The notes beneath the pieces are model-generated. The model was not told the DNA's origin. It saw only the letters and a list, made by a program, of their open reading frames with translations, and searched no databases. A DNA stretch of 64,000 nucleotides from Octopus bimaculoides (Eukaryota): the NCBI RefSeq assembly GCF_001194135.2, contig NC_068983.1, forward strand, positions 123,358,218 to 123,422,217, read 5' to 3'. Shown piece by piece: positions 1 to 11,897 of the stretch (within the stretch, counting starts at the first letter, position 1; the number at the start of each line of letters is the position of its first letter). The position numbers and the translations under genes are program-made.

Positions 1-519
1 ACTACATGGTAACATAGCCTGTTCTATAATAATGGATACATGCAATATAATAAATTTAACTAGAATATTTTTTACATCTTCCATATTGTAAAGATTTAAG
101 TATCACCTAAATCCTTAGAGAAATGTTCAGTATAATATAAATACACTTTGGACATATGTAACACATAAACAGTTTGTTATAATAAATATATGAAAACATT
201 AAATTGTATGGTCATCAGTGTGTTTGAGGCTATGTCACCACTACTGCTCTCCCTAACACCAAGGCATATTTTTCCTCACCTGTCTATCGAGTACATGTCT
301 GTTGTTCTCAGCTGTACTCATCCTACACATGACAACAGGGAAAACAGACACTAAATAATGATGATGATGAGGATGTCAATGAACAAGGTCTCTTACCAAA
401 TTATCAACAACACAATAATGACTCCCACGAAATGATGATTCATATGAACACGGCATACATCCAAAGAAAGGTGATGTTCAAGTAATTCACAACTATAGTG
501 TTTGCATAACTTCACTCTC

Positions 520-1135
520 TCTCTCTCTTCTCCATCACACAGTCATTTCCCCTTTCTCTATTGCTTCTCTTTAAATATGTAGACACTCTCTCTCCCTCTT
601 CTCTTTACTTCACTCCATCATCCCATAATTCTTCTCTCAGACCCTCAATCTCTCTTCTACTCTTTTCCTCTCTATAAATACATAGACATACACACACTCT
701 CTTTCTCTTTTTCTTTACTTTTCTCCATCGCACCGTCCTTCTCTCAGCTCCTCAAACTCCCTAAATATAGTATATATATGTGCATGCATACATATATGTA
801 TATGTGTTTGTGTATATATGTATATATATATAGAGAGACACACTCTTTCTCTCTCTTCTCTCTAACACACAGTTTTTCTTCTCTCAGACCCTCAACCTCT
901 ATTATAAATACATACTCCCTCTCTGTCTCTTCACTTCTCTCCGTCACGCTTCTTTCTCTGTCTCTTCACTTCTCTCCATCACGCTTCTTTCTCTGTCTCT
1001 TCACTTCTCTCCATCAAGCTTCTTTCTCTGTCTCTTCACTTCTCTCTGACACACTGTCTTTCTTCTTTCAACCTCTCAATCTCTCTAAATATATAGACAC
1101 ACTTTCTTTCTTTATTTCTTCACTACCGTCCATCA
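520..1135. repeat. CT-rich low-complexity minisatellite
   Basis: Repeats of tctgtctcttcacttctctc and acactctttctctc units. Confidence 0.8.
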
Positions 1136-2555
1136 CACAGTTAAATTTTTGAAAAATAAATAAATAAATGAATAAATAAAATATCAGTTTAATATCGTGG
1201 TTTAATAAAAGAGAAATATCATTTAATATCAATAAATAAAATGACAGTTTTTTTTTCTGTGAGACAGAGTTGTTCAATTGGATTCTGGAAGCTATTATTG
1301 CCTGCTTAGTTTATGCACATTGTGCTTGGTGTTGGGCATTTATGGATTTATTTTATGCTCCAGAACTTTTGTCAAATTTAAAATAATTTCTGTGTCACAT
1401 CTGGGTCCAAGGTTCGAAATCCAAGGTTGAACGCCTAATTGGTGAAGACAGATTTTATGGCATTCTAAGGTTCAAAATCCACTGTTCAAAATCTGAGGTT
1501 TGAAAACCAAATTTGTACTATAATGGAAATACAGATTTTATGAAATCCAAATTTTTGGAAGGCATATTTTTGAAAAACCAAATTTTTAAGGCCAATTTTG
1601 GTGAAACGAAAAACTGGGATTTGGAGTCCGAATTCTTAACTGTATATATATGTTACCTTTGTAAATATTGTGACTGCACATCTGGTGTAGCATTTGTTTT
1701 TTGTTCGTGTATATATTTATTTTGTATGTAAGCTGTTTTTTTATGCTGACTTTTATTAATAGTCATGGTGTGTTCTTGTTTTGGGTTCACCCTGTCCTTG
1801 TTGATTCTGTAAATTCGGGTTATGGCCACCAGATTGTAACAACATATATACAATACCAAAATCTTAGAAAAATGTGATATCTCCAGTATCCAAAGCAGTG
1901 CAGATGGGTAGGATATGTTGTTCAAATGAAAAATGATCACATTCTGAAAATTCTTCTAAATGGCCAGTAAGTGGAGGGATATCACAGCAAAGGTAGACCT
2001 TTCCTTAGGTATAAGGATAAGTTGAAGCAATCACTAAAATCTCTACAGCTGAACCTGACATCTTGGGAAATCTGCATAGCATAAAATATGTCATGATGCA
2101 TCCAAACAATCTGAGTTGAAGGAAAAGAACAATAAAACTGTATCCTGCAATCAACAGACACACTTACCCCATTGTGACTTCATGGCAAAATCATTACTTC
2201 GACTGAAATTAGTCATGCATCCATCGTAAATAGATGCAGTTTCTTAATTTTTTTTTCTATTACTCTCTCTTTAAGTCCTTTCCTTTAAACAATCATATGT
2301 TGAAACCAATGGGAGAAAGCATCATATATACACACACATGTATGTATATAAATATATATATACACACATATGAAACGCCTGTGTTAGAATGGGGGCAGCT
2401 GATGAAGGAAAATGTTCTCTATGTGGCCTGTGTGTTTTCTGTACTCTGGTTATTATTATTTTTTTGTCTACGTTTTGTTTGCAATATCCTGTACCCAGAT
2501 ATGCACCTATGTATACAAGTAGATGTAGGTATGCACATACTTGTACGTATATATG

Positions 2556-2854
2556 NNNNNNNNNNNNNNNNNNNNNNNNNNNNNNNNNNNNNNNNNNNNN
2601 NNNNNNNNNNNNNNNNNNNNNNNNNNNNNNNNNNNNNNNNNNNNNNNNNNNNNNNNNNNNNNNNNNNNNNNNNNNNNNNNNNNNNNNNNNNNNNNNNNNN
2701 NNNNNNNNNNNNNNNNNNNNNNNNNNNNNNNNNNNNNNNNNNNNNNNNNNNNNNNNNNNNNNNNNNNNNNNNNNNNNNNNNNNNNNNNNNNNNNNNNNNN
2801 NNNNNNNNNNNNNNNNNNNNNNNNNNNNNNNNNNNNNNNNNNNNNNNNNNNNNN
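2556..2854. other. Assembly gap (N); others at 8941-9008, 10076-10579, 15719-15772, 22518-22722, 61917-61941
   Basis: Runs of N, mostly flanked by microsatellites. All lie in introns or flanks, so the MSH3 frame is unaffected. Confidence 1.
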
Positions 2855-3019
2855 ACATACATACATGTATGTATATATATAATATATAGTCTTCTACTAT
2901 ATCATAGGGATAACAAAAGCTTTGTGAGTCGATTTAGTAGATGGAAACTGAAAACCATACATATGTACTATACAATTAGGCCACTACACAGTATACACAC
3001 ATGGCCGATGACAGTACCG

Positions 3020-3832
3020 CCTGACTGGCCTTCGTGCGGGTGACACGTAAAAGCACCCACTACACTCTCTGAGTGGTTGGCGTTAGGAAGGGTATCCAGC
3101 TGTAGAAACTCTGCCAAATTAGATTGGAGCCTGGTGTTACCATCCGGTTTCAGCAGTCCTCAGTCAAATCGTTCAACCCATGCTAGCATGGAAAGCGGAC
3201 GTTAAACGATGATGATGATGATATACATACATACATGTATGTATATATATAATATATAGTCTTCTACTATATCATAGGGATAACAAAAGCTTTGTGAGTC
3301 GATTTAGTAGATGGAAACTGAAAACCATACATATGTACTATACAATTAGGCCACTACACAGTATACACACATGGCCGATGACAGTACCGCCTGATTTGCA
3401 CTCGTGCCAGTGGGACGTTAGAAGCACATCCAAGCATGATCATTGCCAGGGCCATGTATTGGTTCCTGTGCCGGTGGAACATAAAAAACACCATTCGAGT
3501 ATGATCGTTGCCAGCATCACCCTACCGGCACATGAAAAACATTTGAGCATGTTAGTTGCCAGTGTTGCAGGACTGTCTCTTGTGCAGGTAGCACATAAAA
3601 AACACCTTTTGAGTTTGGTCATTGCCAGAATTGCCTGACTGGCCCTTGTGCTGGTGGGGCGTAAAAACACCTACTATATTCTCAGAGTGGTTGGCGTTAG
3701 GAAGGTCATCCAGCTGTAGAAACTTTGCCAGATCAGATTGAGCCTGGTGGAGCCTTCTGGCTCACCAGTCCTCAGTCAAACCGTCCAACCCATGCCAGCA
3801 TAGAAAGTAGACGTTAAATGACGATGATGATG
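3020..3832 (+). mobile_element. Two RTE-derived 3'-end elements with (GAT)n tails (3020-3222, 3390-3832)
   Basis: Shared gagtggttggcgttaggaagggcatccagctgtagaaac ... ggaaag(c/t)(g/a)gacgttaaa.(GAT)n. Confidence 0.85.
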
Positions 3833-4342
3833 GTGAGATACTATAGATATATTTTCTCGATAAACTTTCCTCATGGTGAACTTTCTTCACACTGAATTGA
3901 TAGTGGTGAACTTACCTGTAACCACTAGAAAGAGCCTACAAGTCTCGCTCATATATCACTTGAATGTTTTTATATAATGAAAGAAAAGTTTGAAAAAAAA
4001 CAAACACCAACACAAGAGATGGTCATGGTTGGAACACATTTGACTATTACTGACAAAACCAGTGGTTCTCATAAATGGATGAAGTTGTGAGGATTGAAAA
4101 AGGAGTGGACAAATTACCATGTTTATTAAAATTGAGATAGTTTTAAAACTTGTCAAACAGCATGGTGAAAAAGAATTATACAGATAGAAACTCTTCTCAT
4201 TAACAAAGGATGGTGGTGGTGGGGAAACATTTTAAAGTAATATTTGAAGTGGAGACTCATAATTTGTCAGTTTGGGAACCACTGAGCTGGAGAGCATTGC
4301 TGAGCAACAAATGAACAAATGAGTAAAAGGCAATATACAGGT

Positions 4343-4348
4343 TTTATT
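4343..4348 (-). terminator. Candidate poly(A) signal AATAAA for MSH3
   Basis: About 225 nt past the stop codon, followed by a T/GT-rich stretch (tttgttcatttgttg). A second AATAAA lies at 4122-4127. Confidence 0.45.
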
Positions 4349-4570
4349 TTTCATTAAGATTACACTCAGCCACCATAAGAACAAGAACATGATGAAATGA
4401 GTGTGCGTGTGTCTGTGTACATATATGTGTATATAACATATTCAATAACATATTTTTCTAATCCATGCTAACATGGAAAATGGATATAAAATTGAATGAT
4501 ATATATATACATAAACACACACACAGACTTACACATATATGAACTGAAAAAAGTTGTCAATAGATGGCTG

Positions 4571-4658
4571 TCATAAAGATGGAATCATATCTGAGAGTAG
4601 TTTGCTAAGATTTTCTGGAGGGCACTTCATGATGGTCAAAAAGTCAGATTTGAGTTCT
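4571..4658 (-). CDS. MSH3: MSH3 probable terminal exon 21 ([28 protein letters not shown])
   Basis: atattttcag|A completes the phase-2 codon AGA; TGA at 4571-4573; poly(A) signal downstream. Homology here is weak, so it was chosen on splice and frame logic. Confidence 0.7.
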
Positions 4659-7600
4659 CTGAAAATATTTTAAAAAATGTATCAGAATTTAGTTCAGTAA
4701 ATATATTTCATATAAACAGAATAACAACAAGAAAACAACAAGCTAAAAGAGAGACTCTAACTAGACTTGACACATATTGGTATTGGGTGGAATTCTGGTT
4801 TAAGCACCCCCAATTAATCACTCATAATTTTTTTTTTTTTCAAATTTTCAGAAAATTTTTGTGATTTTGTGTTCTACACACAGGAATTCATACGATTATG
4901 CAAAAAACGAAAAGAAAATGGTTTTGTGTGTGATTTAGCTGTTATTGTAACTTTTGACATTTTCAAGAAAATAAAGTATTTTCGAGAATTTTATAAATAT
5001 GCGACACAAAATATATAATACTGCAGCTATAGCACGATTTTACTGAGTTTTGTTAGATTAGGTCTCTACAAAACTGGGTCAAACTTCCATACTGAGTTGT
5101 GTAACGACTCTTAAAATTGTTTTTTGCATAATCGTATGAATTCTTGTGCATTGAACAAAAATTTGTAAAAAATCAAAATAGTTACAAGGGGTTAAGGTTT
5201 TATTTTATTTTATTTTTTTTACCTCCATAGTCAACAGCAGCAGAGATGATAAGGTGTTTTTGACAAATTTAGATATGTGCATACTGATGAACTAACAATC
5301 TTTATGGATGGATGTTTTTATTAATCACTTAAACCCTTTCGTGGTCTTTTCTTCTTATGACATACCACTCATGTTTCAATTATTTTTGCAAATAATGAAG
5401 AATTTAAGTGCATTTAATAAACTAACTTTTACATTTTTTTTTCTATCAAGCTGGTCTTTGCAACGTAACTCATGAAAAGGTTCTGACATAAGATGATGAT
5501 AGCATGTTTAATTATGAATACTTCAAAACAGGCAGTTTTGTTTCATAGGACCAGAGATAGTATTTGGTAGTATCAAAATGAGGTAGCTTTTAGGTGGTCA
5601 CTTGACATGCTGGAAATAACAACCAAATCACACACTACTGTCTAAGAAAAAATGGTCACATTGAAAAAATCTGTTAGTCTGGTATATCTTTGAGGTGTAA
5701 TCAGTGAAGTAGGCTGTTGTTAAAAATTGATCAAATTATTAGGCTTAATTGTTGTGTTTTAGTTACATCTTTCCTCATCATCATTATGACAAATATTCCC
5801 AGCACCATCACTATTAGTATAGTTTTAACATCTGCAGGTGTGCTGCTTAGCATGAAGTCAGCTCTGTTTGAGCAGGCCATCTTAAAAAAAGGCAGGATAC
5901 ATTGGATAATGTTGAGGATGTTGAAAACAAAATAAAAAAAAAAGGACTAGATTATTACACCAGGAACACATTTATAGTGCATAGTACTAACAAGAAATAA
6001 AACACAAATGAATATAAAATAGGTCACATGTGTTTTGACTGTGCTGACTCTTCCAAGATATAATTATGTCAGTTTCAACATCTCAGATCTAGTTATTACT
6101 GAACAAATACAACTGAAATGAAGGAAGTTGTTTTCAATGTAAACACTTTAAAATGAGGATTTCAGAAATGAACCATCAGTATTCTGGTCTATAAGAAATG
6201 TTTTATGCATAACAAATGTGTGTAATAATCTAAGACAAGTTTAATAACAGACAAACATGTAATAATATAAACACAGGTATTGACAGATACACATGTACTA
6301 ATATAAGACATAAGATTGTAATAACACAACATAAGAATAAATAACAGATATATATGTAATGATATATGACATATATCAGTAACATAAGACATACCTATTT
6401 TTATTCAAGGAGTTCTCCAATTGATGTGATTTTTTTCTTGCCTTTTCTAATATTTCAGGTGGAATGTGGGCAAGACGTGCAACATTTAATCCATAACTGT
6501 GAGCAGCCATTCCTCTGACAAGCTGGTAGAGGAATGTTACAGCATCTGAGGCATCATATTCTACCAAAATACCAACATCATTCATGTATACTTGACAGTT
6601 ATTAAATTGCATTTTTAATCATAAAGAGAAAATATTTTTAACAACTTTGTAATTGTATTTCCCATTTCATTTATTTAACTTCATATTGTCATTATTTTAT
6701 CATTTCTTTGGTTTCTCTAGTATGTTGTAGGTCAGGTGTGGTTATGAGTGGGGCTGTGTAGTTAAGAATGGGGTATAGAGATGGCTGTGTTAAGAATATC
6801 GTGTTTTGATATGAGTAAGTAGATAAGGATGGGGATTAGAGTTGGAGGTGGGGTTGTAAATGGGAAATAGTCATGGTTGTTTAGGGAAAAGGCTGTGGGT
6901 GAAAAAACTCACAAATCAATAAATTGACAGCATGACCCACCCAAAGTAAAACATATCACTTTTCTCTTTCTCTCTCTCACACACACACACGTACTTGCAT
7001 ACACCCTTGTGAACACACTATGTTTACAACTATGTCTCTGATATTGATTAATGCAAGTGTTCATGATCCCAGTTATACATATAAAAGATGGCAGAAAAAT
7101 GGATAGTTGTTATGCAATTAGTACTGACCTTCATTTTCACTTGATTTTGAGTGGACAAGGAAAGACATGTGATAGTTGTGAACAAAATCAGGATACATAT
7201 CTCCAAACTGTCCTAGTAACTGGTAATGAGTGACAAACAGAGTGATACACTTTACCTAACAATGAAAAAGATGGATGCATGATAATACATATAAAATAAT
7301 TTAAAAACACATATACATACACATATATATGGAACCCTGTAAGCAACCAGCTACAGGTAAATAATGAAATGCATTATAATTGAACTAAGTGAAACCAAGT
7401 TTATCGAGTGTCAGACATTTTGAAAAGTCACCTGACGAGACATGTCTGCACTGAAGAATGCAGCACAACCAGATGTGGGTTAATAAAGTATCTTGCGAAT
7501 TCCATTTTCTCTTACTCATTTGTTATATTTTTACACACACACACACCAATCCTCTATGTTGATGACCTTGTTCTTATAGCAGAATCACAACCAGAACTAG

Positions 7601-10579
7601 AGAATTTCAGACAAGGAATCTAGGTCTAGATCAAAGGGCCTTAGAGTTAATCTAGCAAAAACCAAAATCTTAGTAAGTAGGAGAGCAGACAAATCACAAA
7701 TCCCTTCAGGTAGATGGTCCTGCTAGATCTGTAGAAAAGGCATAGGTAGAAACTCCATAAGATGTACCCGGTGTAAGTTAAGGGCACATAAGAGGTGCAG
7801 CAATATCAGAGGAAGGTTAACAGGGAAAATAGTTTTTGTGTATGGAAGGTGCACAGGTACCCTAAAAATGTACTGAAAATAGACTCCATCAAATGCCAGG
7901 CAGGGAAACTAGTAGTTGATAGCTTCCATTACCTAGGTAACCAAGTCAGTAGCTGGGGTGGATGCTCCAAGAGTGTAGCTACTAGAATAAGAAAAGGCTG
8001 GGCAAAGTTCAGAGAGCTCCTATCTCTGATGGTAATAAAGGGCTTCTTTCTCAGAGTGAAAGGCAAACTGTATGATGCCTGTGTGTGAACAGCTATGCTA
8101 CATGGCAGTGAAACATGGGCTGTGACCACCGAGGATATGTGTAGGCTTGTAAGAAATGAAGCTAGTATGCTTTGCTGGATGTGTAATGTCAGTGTGCATG
8201 CATGACAGAGTGTAAGCATCTTGAGAGAAAAGTTGGGCATAAGAGGCATCAGATGTAGTGTGCAAAAGAGATGACTGTGCTGGTATGGTCATGTGATGCA
8301 TATGGACAAAGACAGCTGTGTGAAGAAATGACGCACTCTAACGGTGAAGGGAACCTGTGGAAGAGGTAGAGCCAGGAAGACATGGGACAAGGTGGTGAAG
8401 CATGATCTTCGAATGTTAGGCCTCACAGAGGCAATGACAAGTAACTAAGACCTTTGGTGATATGCCATGCTTGAGAAGAGCTGTCAAGCCAAGTGAGATC
8501 ATAGTTGTAGTCAGTGCCAGTGTCGCGTAACTGGCACATAAAAAGAACCCTTTGAATGTTGGGTGAAATGCTGCCAAGCCAAGTGAAATTGTAGAGGAAA
8601 AAGAGAAGGAAGAAGTAAACAACTGGAATCAGATAAGAACAGTTCTTACATCTTCGGTAAAATAACGAAGAGTAGCATTAGCAATAGCAAGACCATCGTG
8701 TGTGCTGGTGCCACGTCCAAGTTCATCCAGGATCACAAGAGATCGATTTGTAGCGGAATTCATTATTTCTGATGCTTCTTGTAGCTCCACCATAAATGTA
8801 CTGCGGCCTCTGTAGATATCATCAGCAGCACCCATCCTAATATAATAATGGAAGACAATATTACTTAAAACATTAAGCAATTCTTCCCAACACCAACAAA
8901 TACACACACACACATATACATATATATATATATATATATANNNNNNNNNNNNNNNNNNNNNNNNNNNNNNNNNNNNNNNNNNNNNNNNNNNNNNNNNNNN
9001 NNNNNNNNAAAACAAAAGAGTGGGGTGTATTTTCATGCAGAAAAAGATATAGGCAAATTTGTTGTTGAAAATGCACCTAAATTTGAAAAACTTTTATTTG
9101 TTTAAAATAAATTTATTTACAAATATACTAAACTAGTTCCAATGAAATTTTTTGTTTATCAATGGTAAATATTTAGAATTATGAATTAGAAAAACATCTT
9201 TAAAAGTTTCAATGTTGACAAGTTTAAATGTTCGTAACAAATTTAGAATTATGAATTAGAAAAACACATTCAAAAATTTCGATGCTCACAGGTTAAAATG
9301 TGCATCAATTTGTTTGAATGTACAAAGTTCATTAGTATTAGTAGTAATCGACAAGAAATGAATATAATCAGAGTTTCAGTCATACTGAGTAAGAGGAAGG
9401 AAAAACAAATCATCATCATCATCATCATCATCGTTTAACGTCCGCTTTCCATGCTGGCATATAAATCTATATATACAAATACACACACACACATATATAT
9501 ATACGTACATAGATATAGCATATGAGAGGTATTGATGTCAAGAAGGTAACGCTAAGCTCCAGGTTCGATAATGATACAAATGTGGAGTCCAAAGTGGGTT
9601 GGCGTTAGGAAGGGCATCCAGCTGTAGAAACTCTGCCAAATTAGATTGGAGCCTGGTGTTGCCATCCGGTTTCACCAGTCCTCAGTCAAATCGTCCAACC
9701 CATGCTAGCATGGAAAGCGGACGTTAAACGATGATGATGATGATGATGATGATGTATTCCCAAGCGTTATACTAATACATCCATTTGTTGTTTACACCAC
9801 CCGTCTTTGTCTGTTGTTTTTTTTGTAAATTCTCCTATATATATATATATATATTATGATTCACCGTTGACTGAACACTATTCAATTTTTTTTCTCCGTG
9901 TTTTTCTCCTTGTCTCCGTATTCTTTCTGTTGAAGAGCGTAGCTCGAAACGTCAAAGACTTTCCGTATTCCCGAGCGTCATACTAATATATACTTTTGTT
10001 ATTTACACCACCTGTCCTCGTCTGTTGTTATTTTTTGTATATTCTCCCATATATATATATATACACATGACTACTNNNNNNNNNNNNNNNNNNNNNNNNN
10101 NNNNNNNNNNNNNNNNNNNNNNNNNNNNNNNNNNNNNNNNNNNNNNNNNNNNNNNNNNNNNNNNNNNNNNNNNNNNNNNNNNNNNNNNNNNNNNNNNNNN
10201 NNNNNNNNNNNNNNNNNNNNNNNNNNNNNNNNNNNNNNNNNNNNNNNNNNNNNNNNNNNNNNNNNNNNNNNNNNNNNNNNNNNNNNNNNNNNNNNNNNNN
10301 NNNNNNNNNNNNNNNNNNNNNNNNNNNNNNNNNNNNNNNNNNNNNNNNNNNNNNNNNNNNNNNNNNNNNNNNNNNNNNNNNNNNNNNNNNNNNNNNNNNN
10401 NNNNNNNNNNNNNNNNNNNNNNNNNNNNNNNNNNNNNNNNNNNNNNNNNNNNNNNNNNNNNNNNNNNNNNNNNNNNNNNNNNNNNNNNNNNNNNNNNNNN
10501 NNNNNNNNNNNNNNNNNNNNNNNNNNNNNNNNNNNNNNNNNNNNNNNNNNNNNNNNNNNNNNNNNNNNNNNNNNNNNNN

Positions 10580-10642
<63 letters not shown>

Positions 10643-11815
10643 TATAGATATATATAAAGATAAAACCGATGAACAATGTTCTTACTTACCGTGTATAGAT
10701 GGCATCAAATATACCAAGTGTTGCTGATTTGGCTGGCACATACGAACCTATCTGAGCCATGAGGACAATCAAGGCCACTTGTCGAATGTAGGAGCTCTTC
10801 CCACCCATATTAGGACCTGTTATCATCATAACTCGATGTTTTGCAGCCTGAAAAACAATACAGAACAAAATATATTTTTTATGGCAAAGGTTTGGAAATA
10901 ATCTATACTGGATGATAATTTTTAATATTAACTGATACAAACATGAATTTGAAGTAGAAAAGAAAAAACAGGCTCAAAGTTTATATTTGAACCATATGTC
11001 TAAAACTTAAGTAGCACCCATGTAGAACAGCATTTCCATGGAACCTAGGGTTTAGCAAGAAATAAAGATAAAGAGGCAAGCAATATGCAAATGCATGTTT
11101 TAGTCATTTTTGTGTTTAATTGCAAAATGGGTCTTCTTTGGAAAACTTTTCACAATAATTTGACCAGAAATAAAGACGTTATAAGCATTTGAATAAATAA
11201 ACTAATGTTTAAGCATTTTCTGTGCAATCATTACAGCATAAGTAATAAACTAGTGTAGTAGCTTTTATGTTGGCATTCATTCTCTTCAATGTATTAAGAT
11301 TTCATCAATTCCCCAAAATAAGATAATAAAATGACTACAGTAGGATTGTGGTAAAACATGAATATTTGACATTCTCAAGATGATTCTTTGCTCAAACAGA
11401 GATTATAATGACTACAATTACTAACAACAAAACAGCAACAAATATTTGATAAAAATGGAGTTGAGGCACTAAATTACATTAGAGCCTTCAAAATAATATC
11501 ATTCCAATTAATACTCTCTATATATCACAAATGCTTTACATTTATATCATTAGCTACAATATACCATACAAGGTAGGTTCAAAATATTTAAACTTAAAAG
11601 TAACTTAAAGATATGAAAGTAAAATAGAATATCAGTGATTGTGTTATAGATACATGATAAAACTTTCATTCAAAAATACATTAAAGAAAAAAAAAAACAA
11701 AGTGTTGAATGCAATAGTTTTTAAATAACTAATATAAACTATACCATGATGCAAGTATTTTACTTTCAACACACAGGAGTTTTAAGCAAATTTCTGATCA
11801 CATAAAGAAAGCATG

Positions 11816-11897
<82 letters not shown>

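Noticed and set aside
2398-2410. Other CTGATGA hits (also near 5285, 33870, 36243, 56627)
   Set aside because: No helix II followed by GAAA-NUH, so not hammerheads.
2234-3043. Long ORFs across N gaps and microsatellites (also 10003-10676, 22353-22885, 52016-52800, 61799-62139, 62469-62765, 63526-63991)
   Set aside because: Artefacts of X runs and simple repeats that lack stop codons.
6065-6112. Alternative MSH3 last exon after ttccttcatttcag ([15 protein letters not shown])
   Set aside because: Shorter and less protein-like than 4571-4658, with no supporting poly(A) context. Not fully excluded without cDNA.
9170-9300. Short tandem duplications (about 70 bp here, about 42 bp at 23785-23860)
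   Set aside because: Ordinary AT-rich slippage duplications with no further structure.
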